Positions 46,973-56,854 of a stretch of DNA of 64,000 bases are shown piece by piece. The number at the start of each line of letters is the position of its first letter. Positions within the stretch are counted from its first letter, which is position 1. Where the stretch lies: IMG/VR virus record IMGVR_UViG_3300022074_000013, positions 1 to 64,000 of that record, one strand, 5' to 3'. A program made the translations under genes and the position numbers. Source of the stretch: a virus. Below the pieces are notes generated by a model that ran no database searches, was not told where the DNA came from, and saw only the letters and a list, made by a program, of their open reading frames with translations.

Positions 46973-48508
46973 ATGGAAATTTTTGGGTTTGAAATATCCC
47001 GTAAAAAGGATGAACTACGAAGCATAGAGGTGTCTAAGGCACCTTCCTTCGTCCCCCCTGTTGAAGATGACGGTACACCCGTCATTCAACAACAACCAGG
47101 CGGGTTCATATCAGGTGGAGCATATGGTTCCTACATTGATATGGAAGGTGGTATCAAGAATGAGGTTGGTCTCATTACAAGATACCGTGAAATATCTCTA
47201 ATCCCTGAGTGTGACTCAGCGATTGAAGATATTGTTAATGAGTGTATTACATCGGATTCTCAAGACAAGATTGTATCACTCGACCTCAGAAACGTAAAAC
47301 TTTCTGATAGTATCAAAAACAAGATACATGACGAGTTTAATCATATTCTTGCCTTAATGAAGTTCAATCAGAACTCTCACGAATTATTCCGAAAATGGTA
47401 CATAGATGGAAGGATATACTTCCATAAGGTCGTTGACGGCAAACGTCCGAAAGCAGGTATTGTAGACCTAAGAAACATTGACCCACTTAAAATTAAGAAG
47501 GTCAGAAATGTAATCAAAGGTAAATCGGACAAAGCAGGTGTTGACGTAATAAAACAAGTTGAAGAATTTTTTGTCTTCAACGATAAAGGTTTTGATAAAT
47601 CTTCAGCGAATGACGGAACGTCCGTGAAGATTGCTCCCGAAGCAGTATCATATACTACATCGGGTTTATTAGACTACACAAAGAACGTAGTCATTGGGTA
47701 TCTTCATAAAGCATTGAAGACTGCAAACCAGTTATCAATGATGGAAGACGCACTAGTTATCTATAGGATATCACGTGCACCCGAAAGAAGGATTTTCTAC
47801 ATTGACGTAGGTAACCTTCCAAAGGCAAAAGCAGAACAGTATTTGTCTGAGGTTATGAACAAGTATAGAAATAAACTTGTTTACAATGCAGACACAGGTG
47901 AAATCAAAGATGATAGAAAACATATGTCTATGTTGGAAGATTTTTGGTTACCTAGGAGAGAAGGTGGACGTGGGACAGAGATAACAACTTTGCCAGGCGG
48001 ACAAAATCTCTCGGAGATAGAAGACATTGAATACTTTAAGTCGAAGTTATACAAGAGTTTAAGTATTCCAGCTTCTAGAATGGAAGCAGACGCAGGATTC
48101 AATTTGGGACGTGCGTCCGAAATCCAAAGAGATGAACTTAAGTTTAATAAGTTCACGAATAGACTTCAAAAGAAGTTTAGTAGAGTATTTGTTGACGTTT
48201 TAAGAACTCAATTGATACTAAAAGAAATTGTAAGTGGCGAAGAATTTGACAAAATGGTCAAAGACTTCGTACAGTTTGATTATGCTAGCGATAACCACTT
48301 CGCAGAGTTGAAAGACGCTGAAATTATGCGTGAGAGACTTGAGACTTTATCAACCGTAGACGAGTATGTTGGTAAGTATTATTCTCAGGAGTTTGTACGT
48401 AAGAATATCTTAATGCAAACAGAAGAAGAAATGAAACTTATGGACAAACAAATGGAAGACGAGGGTGGAGACGAAGAAGGTGGTGACGATGAATTTGGGG
48501 GATTTTAA
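46973..48508 (+). CDS. gp20: Portal protein
   Basis: FRKWYIDGR, EDALVIYRISRAPERRIFYIDVGNLPK.KAEQY, EDFWLPRREGGRGTEITTLPG. Confidence 0.98.
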   Translation: MEIFGFEISRKKDELRSIEVSKAPSFVPPVEDDGTPVIQQQPGGFISGGAYGSYIDMEGGIKNEVGLITRYREISLIPECDSAIEDIVNECITSDSQDKIVSLDLRNVKLSDSIKNKIHDEFNHILALMKFNQNSHELFRKWYIDGRIYFHKVVDGKRPKAGIVDLRNIDPLKIKKVRNVIKGKSDKAGVDVIKQVEEFFVFNDKGFDKSSANDGTSVKIAPEAVSYTTSGLLDYTKNVVIGYLHKALKTANQLSMMEDALVIYRISRAPERRIFYIDVGNLPKAKAEQYLSEVMNKYRNKLVYNADTGEIKDDRKHMSMLEDFWLPRREGGRGTEITTLPGGQNLSEIEDIEYFKSKLYKSLSIPASRMEADAGFNLGRASEIQRDELKFNKFTNRLQKKFSRVFVDVLRTQLILKEIVSGEEFDKMVKDFVQFDYASDNHFAELKDAEIMRERLETLSTVDEYVGKYYSQEFVRKNILMQTEEEMKLMDKQMEDEGGDEEGGDDEFGGF

Positions 48509-48511
48509 TAA

Positions 48512-48691
48512 ATGACTGAAATAGCAAAAAAGATAGTTGACGAAATAGAACAAGGTAAGTTGCAAGACGCTAAGGATTCTATTTTTGACGGCATTAAAGA
48601 GAAAGCTGCCCAAGCAGTGGACATGAAGAGAGTGGAAGCAACGGTTGATTGGATGAAAAATGAACCTGAAGCTACAGCAGAGGAAGAGTAA
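48512..48691 (+). CDS. Small acidic prohead core protein (gp67 position)
   Basis: 59-aa ORF below the track cut-off: MTEIAKKIVDEIEQGKLQDAKDSIFDGIKEKAAQAVDMKRVEATVDWMKNEPEATAEEE. Confidence 0.65.
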   Translation: MTEIAKKIVDEIEQGKLQDAKDSIFDGIKEKAAQAVDMKRVEATVDWMKNEPEATAEEE

Positions 48692-48988
48692 ATGAAATCT
48701 TTTGCATCTATATCAAGAGAACTTTATGAGGCGAAATTTAAGTTGCCTAAAAAACATAAAGAACTTAAAGTAGATACAATGAAAACTGGTGGAAAGACCT
48801 ACAACATTACCTATAGTAAAATGGGTAAAGACATTTACGCATTCGTTAATAATAATGAAACAGGGCCTTACAAGGACTTGAAGGACGCAGAAAAATCTGT
48901 GAAGGAATTATCCAAACTCTTTAAACAAATGAATTTTGAAGGGGTAACAGAAGAGGAAATTTTCAATGAAATTAATTTCAGAGTATAA
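48692..48988 (+). CDS. Hypothetical prohead/internal protein (gp68 position)
   Basis: Between portal and protease; MKSFASISRELYEA N-terminus. Confidence 0.55.
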   Translation: MKSFASISRELYEAKFKLPKKHKELKVDTMKTGGKTYNITYSKMGKDIYAFVNNNETGPYKDLKDAEKSVKELSKLFKQMNFEGVTEEEIFNEINFRV

Positions 48989-49610
48989 CGAAGCAAAACC
49001 ATTAATCGAATCAAAAGAAAATGGTAAAAAAGATTACTTTATCGAAGGTGTCTTTATGCAAGCAGACATAAAGAATCGTAACGGAAGAATCTATCCCAAA
49101 GAAATCATGGCAAAAGAAGTCAATCGTTACGTAAAAGAATTCGTAAACGAACAAAGAGCATTCGGTGAGTTAGGACACCCCGAAGGGCCAACAATCAATT
49201 TAGACAAAGTATCCCACATGATTACCGAACTTCACGAAGACGGTAGTAATTGGGTAGGTAAAGCAAAAATTTTGAGCACTCCAAATGGTGAGATTGTAAA
49301 AAATCTTATCAATGACGGTGCAAAACTAGGTGTCTCTTCAAGAGGACTTGGTTCATTAGAACAAAAATCAGACGCACAGTATGTGAAGTCGGACTTTCAA
49401 CTTGCAACTGCAGGTGATATTGTCGCAGACCCTTCAGCGCCAGATGCCTTCGTAGACGGTATCATGGAAGGTGTTGAGTGGATTATGGACAATGGAATCC
49501 TAAAAAGACAAGAAATGGAGTCTATGAGAGAAGTTTTAAAGAACGAAAAGCAGGTTAGACTTGAAGAAACAAAAATTAATTTATGGAAAACGTTCGTTAA
49601 GAACTTATAA
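48966..49610 (+). CDS. gp21: Prohead protease
   Basis: IEGVFMQADIKNRNGRIYP, GELGHP, GVSSRGLGS, DIVADPSAPDAFV. Confidence 0.97.
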   Translation: MKLISEYNEAKPLIESKENGKKDYFIEGVFMQADIKNRNGRIYPKEIMAKEVNRYVKEFVNEQRAFGELGHPEGPTINLDKVSHMITELHEDGSNWVGKAKILSTPNGEIVKNLINDGAKLGVSSRGLGSLEQKSDAQYVKSDFQLATAGDIVADPSAPDAFVDGIMEGVEWIMDNGILKRQEMESMREVLKNEKQVRLEETKINLWKTFVKNL

Positions 49611-49612
49611 CA

Positions 49613-49620
49613 TATAAATA
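49613..49620 (+). promoter_or_regulatory. Late promoter (gp22/23)
   Basis: TATAAATA. Confidence 0.85.
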
Positions 49621-49648
49621 AAAAAGTAAACTCAAACAGGAGAAAAAT

Positions 49649-51013
49649 ATGGCAGAGTTAGATACAAACCAAGATGAGCTATTAGAGGCAGGACAACCTG
49701 ACGCTAAAGCTGAGAAAGGTGACAAAAACCCGCCTAAGCAAGGTTCAAGTGATTCCGCTAAAATAGAAAGTGGAAAAGCTGAAGTCGTCAAACCCGAAGA
49801 AAATCCTGTTGACAAAGCTGTCGATTCTGTAGATAAAGCAGAAGATGGAGTCAAAGAGATTTCCGCAGACCCACAACAAAAGGGTGAAGGGAAACCTGAT
49901 AAGGCTGAAAAAATCAAAGAAGGCGAAGGCGCTGACGAAGAAGCAGAAGTTTCTGAAGCAGAAGAAAAAGTTCCTTCCAAGATGGAAACAATCAAAGCTA
50001 TGGTCAACACAATGAAGGAAATGAATAAAGAAGACCTTCAAGGTATTTTCTCTTCTATTTCAGAAGATGAGGTTGACGAGTCTTTGACTAAGGCAGAAAT
50101 CGCAAGAAACATTGTCGAACTAGTTAAAAAACTAGATGACGAAAAGGTTCAAGAGATGTACGGCAAGATGAAAGGTGTCGAGGACGAAGAGGAAGAAGAC
50201 GAAGACAAGAAGATGAAAAAAGAATCTGTTGACGAAGAAACTTCCGAAGAACTCGAATCTAAACTTGTAGAGATTGAAATTGAAGACGACCTAAATGCAA
50301 TCTCAGAAGCATTAGACTTGTCAGAAGAGAACCGAGAAAAAGCTAAAACAATCTTTAAAGCTGCAGTATCAAGTAAAGTTGCAGAAGTTGAAAAAGGATT
50401 GAAAGAAGCTTACGAAACAGAATTACAAACCTCAGTAGATAAGGTCAAAGCCGACTTAAGTGAAGCAGTTGACAAATACTTGTCTTACGTTGCTGACGAG
50501 TGGACGAAAGAAAACGAATTAGCTATCGAGAGAGGTTTGAAAGCTGAAATGACTGAAAACTTTATTTCAGGATTGAAAACATTGTTCGTAGAACATTATG
50601 TTGACGTTCCCGAAGATAAGTATGACGTGATTGATGAGCTTTCTAATCGTCTCGATGAGATGGAAGTTAAACTTGACTCCGAAGTTCAAACAAATATGGA
50701 CATCGCAGAAGAGTTGAACACTCTCAAGAGAGAAAATGTGGTAAGGGATGCGTCTTCGGACTTAACTGAATCACAGAAAGAGAAATTAGAATCACTTGCA
50801 AACGGTGTAGACTTCAATGACGAAGCTGACTTCCAAGAGAAGATTGGTGAAATCAAAGAAGCATACTTCGGTATTGAAGGTGAATCTATTTCTGAGGATA
50901 CCGTAGTTGAAGAAGGAACTGGAACGCTTGAAGATGAAAACTCTTCACCTGTTATAGACCCTTCCCTTCAAAGGTATTCTGACGCAATTAGTAAACTAAA
51001 ACCATTAGGTTAA
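49649..51013 (+). CDS. gp22: Prohead core scaffold protein
   Basis: Acidic coiled coil; KAKTIFKAAV, VDKYLSYVADEW..ENELAIERGLK, LFVEHY. Confidence 0.92.
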   Translation: MAELDTNQDELLEAGQPDAKAEKGDKNPPKQGSSDSAKIESGKAEVVKPEENPVDKAVDSVDKAEDGVKEISADPQQKGEGKPDKAEKIKEGEGADEEAEVSEAEEKVPSKMETIKAMVNTMKEMNKEDLQGIFSSISEDEVDESLTKAEIARNIVELVKKLDDEKVQEMYGKMKGVEDEEEEDEDKKMKKESVDEETSEELESKLVEIEIEDDLNAISEALDLSEENREKAKTIFKAAVSSKVAEVEKGLKEAYETELQTSVDKVKADLSEAVDKYLSYVADEWTKENELAIERGLKAEMTENFISGLKTLFVEHYVDVPEDKYDVIDELSNRLDEMEVKLDSEVQTNMDIAEELNTLKRENVVRDASSDLTESQKEKLESLANGVDFNDEADFQEKIGEIKEAYFGIEGESISEDTVVEEGTGTLEDENSSPVIDPSLQRYSDAISKLKPLG

Positions 51014-51033
51014 TTTAAAGGAGATTAAAAACA

Positions 51034-52347
51034 ATGTTTTTATCTGAAAACTTACAGGAAAAGTGGCAACCTATCCTAGAGCATTCTGATTTGCCAAAAA
51101 TCGAAGACTCTTACAAGAAGGCTGTTACCGCAGTAATCCTAGAAAACCAAGAAAAAGCTCTTAACGAAGATAGAGTTTCTCTTGACGAAGCTGCACCTTT
51201 AAATGCTACTGGCAGTTCTGCTGTATCTAACTGGGATCCAATCCTAATTAGTCTAGTAAGACGAGCTATGCCTAACTTGGTTGCTTACGACATTTGTGGT
51301 GTTCAACCAATGACTGGGCCAACAGGACTTATCTTTGCTATGAAAGCAAGGTATAACGACTATCCGACTCAAGGACGTGAAGGTAAAACTGAAGCTTTAG
51401 GGCTTGACGAACCTCATACTCCTTATTCGGCTGCTGCTCAGACAACTTCAGCTGGTGCATTAACAGCTGCAATCAGTGACCCATTTGACACTAGTTCGCC
51501 TTCTTATGAAGACACAACTGGTTCAGGTATGTCTACTGCAACTGCAGAAGCATTAGGTGATGTCGAAGCTTCCAACGGATTCGCTCAAATGGCTTTCACA
51601 ATTGAGAAAGCTACAGTAACTGCTAAATCAAGAGCACTTAAAGCGGAATATACTTTAGAATTGGCACAAGACCTTAAAGCAATTCACGGTCTAGACGCTG
51701 AATCTGAACTCGCTAACATACTATCATCTGAAATCCTTGCGGAAATCAACAGAGAAGTAGTAAGAAACGTTAACATACAAGCTAAAGTAGGTGCATCTGC
51801 AACTGCTTCTGCTGGTACTTTCAACTTAGATGTTGATGCTAACGGACGTTGGTCAGTTGAGAAATTCAAAGGTCTATTATTCCAAATAGAAAGAGAATCA
51901 AATGTAATCGCAAAAGAAACAAGACGTGGTAAAGGTAACTTTATCCTTTGTTCTTCTGACGTTGCATCTGCTTTATCAATGGCTGGTGTATTAGATTATA
52001 CTCCTGCGCTTAACACTGACATTAACGTTGACGATACTGGTAATACTTTTGCTGGTGTTCTAAACGGTAGAGTTAAAGTTTATATCGACCCATATGCTGG
52101 TGTTGATTACTTGACTGTCGGTTACAGAGGGTCTAACCCTTATGACGCTGGACTTTTCTATTGCCCATACGTTCCATTACAAATGGTTCGTGCCGTTGGT
52201 GAGAATACTTTCCAACCAAAAATTGGTTTCAAAACTAGATACGGAATGGTATCTAACCCATTCGTAGGTTCTACACCTGCTAATGGTCTAGCTTCTGCTG
52301 GTACAAACCAATACTACAGAAAGTTCGCAGTATCTAACATTCTATAA
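51034..52347 (+). CDS. gp23: Major capsid protein
   Basis: LVRRAMPNL.AYDICGVQPMTGPTGLIFA, SRALKAEYTLELAQDLKAIHGLDAE.EL, FQPKIGFKTRYG. Confidence 0.99.
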   Translation: MFLSENLQEKWQPILEHSDLPKIEDSYKKAVTAVILENQEKALNEDRVSLDEAAPLNATGSSAVSNWDPILISLVRRAMPNLVAYDICGVQPMTGPTGLIFAMKARYNDYPTQGREGKTEALGLDEPHTPYSAAAQTTSAGALTAAISDPFDTSSPSYEDTTGSGMSTATAEALGDVEASNGFAQMAFTIEKATVTAKSRALKAEYTLELAQDLKAIHGLDAESELANILSSEILAEINREVVRNVNIQAKVGASATASAGTFNLDVDANGRWSVEKFKGLLFQIERESNVIAKETRRGKGNFILCSSDVASALSMAGVLDYTPALNTDINVDDTGNTFAGVLNGRVKVYIDPYAGVDYLTVGYRGSNPYDAGLFYCPYVPLQMVRAVGENTFQPKIGFKTRYGMVSNPFVGSTPANGLASAGTNQYYRKFAVSNIL

Positions 52348-52370
52348 AGAATAGTTACTCAACCGAAATT

Positions 52371-52399
52371 AAAAACCCCAGTTCGCTGGGGTTTTTTTT
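52371..52399 (+). terminator. Rho-independent terminator after gp23
   Basis: AAAAACCCCAG-TTCG-CTGGGGTTTTTTTT with a cUUCG-type tetraloop. Confidence 0.92.
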
Positions 52400-52447
52400 G
52401 TTCTAAATAAAAGTGATACAAATCATTCGTGCAGGACGGTAGTATCT

Positions 52448-52479
52448 AAAACCCCACTTCGGTGGGGTTTTTCTTTTTT
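52448..52479 (+). terminator. Second rho-independent terminator
   Basis: AAAACCCCAC-TTCG-GTGGGGTTTTTCTTTTTT. Confidence 0.9.
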
Positions 52480-52527
52480 GTGTCTCAATTGTGACAGTTG
52501 TGTGACACTTTCGTGTCTATATACTAT

Positions 52528-52647
52528 ATGGCGTATATAAAACAAATAAACAAAAGATTTCATAAATTTATGAAGTGCGGTAGACTACCCAAGGTTATCA
52601 AACTAGCAGGACTCAGTGAGTTAAAGTTAGAATCAGAACAGTCTTAG
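52528..52647 (+). CDS. Possible 39-aa basic peptide
   Basis: MAYIKQINKRFHKFMKCGRLPKVIKLAGLSELKLESEQS fills the gap before gp3; no clear SD. Confidence 0.35.
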   Translation: MAYIKQINKRFHKFMKCGRLPKVIKLAGLSELKLESEQS

Positions 52648-52666
52648 AAATTACCTAAATAGGTAT

Positions 52667-53203
52667 ATGACTACGATTAACAAATCTATACTTCAAAAGA
52701 ACAACTTTAGACTTCTCATCGATAAAGTTCCAACGGTGGAATACTTCGTGCGTACTGCAAATATTCCTGGCATATCATTCAGTGAGACTGCTGTACCAGC
52801 AGGTATAGGACTGGACGCATATTTTCCAGGCGATAAAGTTGAATTTGAAAAGTTATCTGTATCGTTTTTGGTAGACGAAGATTTACAGAACTTCAAAGAA
52901 GTATATGATTGGATGGATTCTATTGTACCTATACAAGACCCGTCTAAGTACAAAACACTTGTTGGTACAACTGCAACAGCAACAAACCAGTTTTCAAGTG
53001 CAGGTAATGACCTAAGTCAATATAGCATGATTACACTCGTACTAAATACAAATAAGAATATACCAAACAGATTCTTTAAATTTTATGACGCATTTCCAAC
53101 GTCACTAAGTGGATTGGAACTTGCATCAGGAGAGAGTGGTGAAGCTGTAATATGTACAGTAGACTTTAGATTTACTTATTATGAGATAGGAACCACTAGT
53201 TAA
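52667..53203 (+). CDS. gp3: Tail completion / tube terminator protein
   Basis: NNFRLLIDKVPTVEYF..ANIPGI, PGDK..FEKLSVSFLVDEDLQNFKEVYDW, DAFPTSLSG. Confidence 0.9.
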   Translation: MTTINKSILQKNNFRLLIDKVPTVEYFVRTANIPGISFSETAVPAGIGLDAYFPGDKVEFEKLSVSFLVDEDLQNFKEVYDWMDSIVPIQDPSKYKTLVGTTATATNQFSSAGNDLSQYSMITLVLNTNKNIPNRFFKFYDAFPTSLSGLELASGESGEAVICTVDFRFTYYEIGTTS

Positions 53204-53231
53204 AAACACATTTTCGTGATATAATTATAGT

Positions 53232-53675
53232 ATGAACTTAGAAGAGCTACGCAAAGAGTGGGCTAAGGATTGTGAAGTTGACGATATCGAACTAGATAAA
53301 TCGTCTCTAGAAGTCCCCAAACTACACGCAAAATATCAAGAATTCTTGACCGATAATATATTGGTTCTCAAGAACTTAGAATTCCAATACAATATCCTGC
53401 TTAAAAATAAGTGGTTATGGTATAACGGAAAGATGTCTGAGGAACAAATAAAAGAACTTGGTTGGGAAGACGACCCCTTTGACGGTCTCAAAGTCATGAA
53501 GAATGATATGCAGATATGGTATAACGCTGACCAAGACTTACAAAGAATGAATGGTAAAGTGGAGTATCAAAAAATCGTTATCAACTTCTTGAAAGAGTGT
53601 ATGCAAAATATCACTTGGAGACACCAAACGATTAAGAATACAATCGACTGGCGAAAGTTTATGGCGGGACAATGA
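53232..53675 (+). CDS. uvsY: Recombination mediator UvsY
   Basis: W.KD..DDIELD..SL.VPKLHAKY, YNGK, IKNTIDWRKF.AG. Confidence 0.92.
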   Translation: MNLEELRKEWAKDCEVDDIELDKSSLEVPKLHAKYQEFLTDNILVLKNLEFQYNILLKNKWLWYNGKMSEEQIKELGWEDDPFDGLKVMKNDMQIWYNADQDLQRMNGKVEYQKIVINFLKECMQNITWRHQTIKNTIDWRKFMAGQ

Positions 53676-54376
53676 TACTCAATAATTATATGTTTACAGC
53701 ACCTGAATTCTTTACTAGAGAAGAAGTTGCACAAATACATCAACATGCCAAAGGAATTCCATTAGATTTAGGACGTACAGGAAACGGACAAATGAATGAC
53801 CCTGATAGGGCACCTGACTCAGTAGACATGTCCGTGGCAGCTGAAATAAGACAATCAAAGGTAAAATGGTTTCTTGGTCAAGACCCAAGGTATAGAATGC
53901 CTGACAATATCATGGAAAAGATTAATGAGATTGTTGCCCAAGGAATGGACGAGTGTGGTTGGAACTTCAATTTATCTTGGATAGAAAACTTTCAATACAC
54001 AATCTACGACTACGAACCTGATTTACCTACAGGTGATTTCTATACATGGCATACAGACCATGGTGGTGAGTCAATCATGAGTATGGAAGGAATGCCAGAA
54101 CACAGAAAGATTAGTATGACTATACAATTATCTGACCCTTTAGATTATGAAGGTGGTAAGTTTCAATGGTTAGAACCAAATCCACAGTTTGATAAAATTA
54201 AGTTTGGTGATAAAAAACTTGATATCGATAAAGCAGTAAGAACTTTACCATTCAGTGCACAAGCAATCGGTTCAATATGTTTATTTCCAAGTTGGTTATA
54301 TCACCAAGTCACACCAGTAACGAGAGGAACTAGAGTATCAATAGTAGGTTGGTACAACGGCCCAGCATGGACTTAA
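53672..54376 (+). CDS. 2OG-Fe(II) oxygenase (PKHD-type)
   Basis: FYTWHTD, RKISMTIQLSDP.DYEGG, FPSWLYHQVTPVTRGTR.SIVGW. Confidence 0.9.
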   Translation: MILNNYMFTAPEFFTREEVAQIHQHAKGIPLDLGRTGNGQMNDPDRAPDSVDMSVAAEIRQSKVKWFLGQDPRYRMPDNIMEKINEIVAQGMDECGWNFNLSWIENFQYTIYDYEPDLPTGDFYTWHTDHGGESIMSMEGMPEHRKISMTIQLSDPLDYEGGKFQWLEPNPQFDKIKFGDKKLDIDKAVRTLPFSAQAIGSICLFPSWLYHQVTPVTRGTRVSIVGWYNGPAWT

Positions 54377-55770
54377 AAATTTCTAAAGTCAATGAAGTCT
54401 TTATGAAGATTTCGTGTGACGACTCAATCGCTAAAGACTTGCACGATTACTTTTCATTTAAAGTACCTAACGCAAAATTTATGCCTTCCTATAAAAATAG
54501 ACGTTGGGACGGTAAAGTATATCTGTTCAGTATCAAGACACACAAAATCTATATTGGATTACTTCCATACATTGCTGAGTTCTGTGAAGAAAGACAATAC
54601 AAGTATTCGGTAGAAGAAGACGTTATTACTAAGAATGAAATTACCGAAGACGAATACAATAAGTTTATAGACCAATTAAACCTACCGTTTGAACCTAGAG
54701 ATTATCAAAAGGAAGCATTTCTAAAGAGTATCGAATACGGAAGAAAGTTACTAGTATCACCGACTGCGAGTGGTAAGTCATTAATCATTTATTTACTTGC
54801 ACGTTATTATAATAAAAAAACAATTGTCATTGTACCTACTACTTCTTTGGTAGAACAAATGACAAAAGATTTTCAGGAGTATGGATATGATAAAGAAATT
54901 TGCAAAATATACAGCGGGCAACCTGTATTCGATTCAGACATTACGATTACAACTTGGCAGTCTTTATCTAAAGCACCTACTGACGTTCTTGCGAAGTTTG
55001 AAGTTGTTGTCGGAGACGAAGCCCACCTCTTCAAAGCAAACGTCCTCAAAGGAATCCTCGAAAAAATGAGAAGTACCGCAGTACGTTTTGGTACTACAGG
55101 TACGTTAGACGGTACAGAAGTCCACAGGCTACAGTTAGAAGGACTCTTTGGGCCAGCGACTAAGGTTATATCAACTTTCGACCTTATTGAGGAAGGTACA
55201 ATTGCAAGTATAGACATTGACGTTATCATATTGGAACATGAGAAAACTGCTAAGTTAAAGTATCAGGACGAAATGGATTACTTAGTAGGGAATCAAAAGA
55301 GAAATGATTTCATATGTAATCTTGTTTACTCACTAAAAGGGAACACACTTTGTTTGTTTCAGTATGTAGAAAAACATGGATTTGTTTTATACACATTAAT
55401 GAAAGAAAGAATAGATAATCTTCATTATGTTTATGGTGGAACTGATACAAAAGATAGAGAAGAGATTAGAGGATTGGTAGAGAAACAAGATGACGCCTGT
55501 ATTCTTGCGTCATATGGCACCTTCAGCACTGGTGTTAATATAAAGAAGATAGATAACATAATTTTTGCTTCGCCTTCTAAATCTAGAATACGTAACTTAC
55601 AATCCATTGGACGTGGATTGAGAAAGGGTAATGGTAAAGAAAATCTAAGACTATTTGATATCGCAGACGATTTGTGGGGAGACAACTACACATTACGTCA
55701 CTTAAAAGACCGTATAAATATTTACAACGAGGAACAATTTCCTTATAACATTAAACAATTTAAATTATGA
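54367..55770 (+). CDS. uvsW: SF2 helicase UvsW
   Basis: PRDYQ, SPTASGKS, GDEAH, GTTGT, ASYGTFSTGVNI, QSIGRGLR. Confidence 0.96.
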   Translation: MDLKISKVNEVFMKISCDDSIAKDLHDYFSFKVPNAKFMPSYKNRRWDGKVYLFSIKTHKIYIGLLPYIAEFCEERQYKYSVEEDVITKNEITEDEYNKFIDQLNLPFEPRDYQKEAFLKSIEYGRKLLVSPTASGKSLIIYLLARYYNKKTIVIVPTTSLVEQMTKDFQEYGYDKEICKIYSGQPVFDSDITITTWQSLSKAPTDVLAKFEVVVGDEAHLFKANVLKGILEKMRSTAVRFGTTGTLDGTEVHRLQLEGLFGPATKVISTFDLIEEGTIASIDIDVIILEHEKTAKLKYQDEMDYLVGNQKRNDFICNLVYSLKGNTLCLFQYVEKHGFVLYTLMKERIDNLHYVYGGTDTKDREEIRGLVEKQDDACILASYGTFSTGVNIKKIDNIIFASPSKSRIRNLQSIGRGLRKGNGKENLRLFDIADDLWGDNYTLRHLKDRINIYNEEQFPYNIKQFKL

Positions 55771-55787
55771 ACCAACTAAATATAGAT

Positions 55788-56303
55788 ATGGATAACGTAA
55801 CATCTTTAGCACCAAACAAGTATGAGGTAATCAAACTCAAGACTGGTTTAGATATAGTCGGAATGGTAAGAGATTCACAGGAAGGTATACACATTACACT
55901 TCCTATGATATGTCAATTACAATTGACTCAAACTAATGATACCCTATCAACGTTTATTCCTTATGCACCTCTCAGTGCAGAACCGACTTTATTCATTCCC
56001 GACAATCACATTGTACATAGGAATAAACTTAACGAGCAATTCGTTAAATACTATGACAATGCATCTGCTAGGTGGTTAGAAATGGTTGAGAACGGAACCA
56101 TACCAGTTAAGTCAGGAAAAGAATATCAAGACGATATAAAAGCATATGTGGATAGAGCAATGCAGAGTATCATGGACGCAACTGGAGGCCCAATCACACC
56201 CGAAGAACTCAGGAGATTGGAAATATTGGAAGATGAAGATTTTGATTTAGAAACAGAGTATGAACAACATCTGATTACTAAAGGCAAAAAGATTCTTCAC
56301 TAA
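55788..56303 (+). CDS. Conserved T4-like protein after uvsW (Sm-like fold candidate)
   Basis: YEVIKLKTGLDIVG..LPM..FIPYAPLS; likely start ATG 55788, 5 nt after ACTAAATA. Confidence 0.6.
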   Translation: MDNVTSLAPNKYEVIKLKTGLDIVGMVRDSQEGIHITLPMICQLQLTQTNDTLSTFIPYAPLSAEPTLFIPDNHIVHRNKLNEQFVKYYDNASARWLEMVENGTIPVKSGKEYQDDIKAYVDRAMQSIMDATGGPITPEELRRLEILEDEDFDLETEYEQHLITKGKKILH

Positions 56304-56551
56304 TGGCAATTTGGTATTTAAATATGTTACAAGAAGACGAACAAGGTATGAAACAGTTCGACCATTTGTTACACCAGTATTGGAGTGACGATAAGTTGAA
56401 AAAGGCAGAGGTATATGTAACTGACCAAGGGTATGGTTGCAGGTATTACGAAGACCATATGTGGAAGAAGGATATCGTGTATAAGAATCATTCTGAATCA
56501 TATGCAGAGTCAGCTGCTGAGAATTATGTCTTAGGAATTTTACAGTTATAA
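56303..56551 (+). CDS. Hypothetical protein
   Basis: HSESYAESAAENYVLG motif; translational coupling (TAATG). Confidence 0.65.
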   Translation: MAIWYLNMLQEDEQGMKQFDHLLHQYWSDDKLKKAEVYVTDQGYGCRYYEDHMWKKDIVYKNHSESYAESAAENYVLGILQL

Positions 56552-56554
56552 ATA
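56547..56554 (+). promoter_or_regulatory. Late promoter
   Basis: TATAAATA. Confidence 0.75.
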
Positions 56555-56615
56555 AAACGGATTGATATAACATTCAGTTATATTGTTTCATTAACCCTGT
56601 TTATATGGAGAAACC

Positions 56616-56789
56616 ATGACCACAATTGCATACGCAATGAAGAGCATGGTGCGAAAGGTTGACGGACTAAGAGAAAATGGCATTTATTGCCGATTCTGCG
56701 ATGCAGTGCAAATGGTCACACTAATGACTCTTCCAATAGCGATACCTTTTATAATAATGTATCTTACGATACTACAGTATAGATTGTAA
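56616..56789 (+). CDS. 57-aa membrane peptide with CxxC
   Basis: Not in the ORF track. GGAG SD and late promoter at 56547; MTTIAYAMKSMVRKVDGLRENGIYCRFCDAVQMVTLMTLPIAIPFIIMYLTILQYRL. Confidence 0.6.
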   Translation: MTTIAYAMKSMVRKVDGLRENGIYCRFCDAVQMVTLMTLPIAIPFIIMYLTILQYRL

Positions 56790-56825
56790 TCATTATATAA
56801 GCTAGCTTGTCGGGGCGACATAGTT

Positions 56826-56854
56826 AGGATATCAGATAGAAATGATTCTGTCTA
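56826..56854 (-). promoter_or_regulatory. Antisense sigma70-type promoter
   Basis: Minus strand TAGACA-17 nt-TATCCT. Confidence 0.5.

Noticed and set aside
42747-52347. Introns, inteins or homing endonucleases in terminase, portal or capsid genes
   Set aside because: ORFs are continuous and of normal length, with no intein or endonuclease motifs.
52480-52527. TGTGAC direct repeat as a CRP/operator site or tRNA
   Set aside because: No TCACA half-site at the right spacing and no cloverleaf; too short to support.
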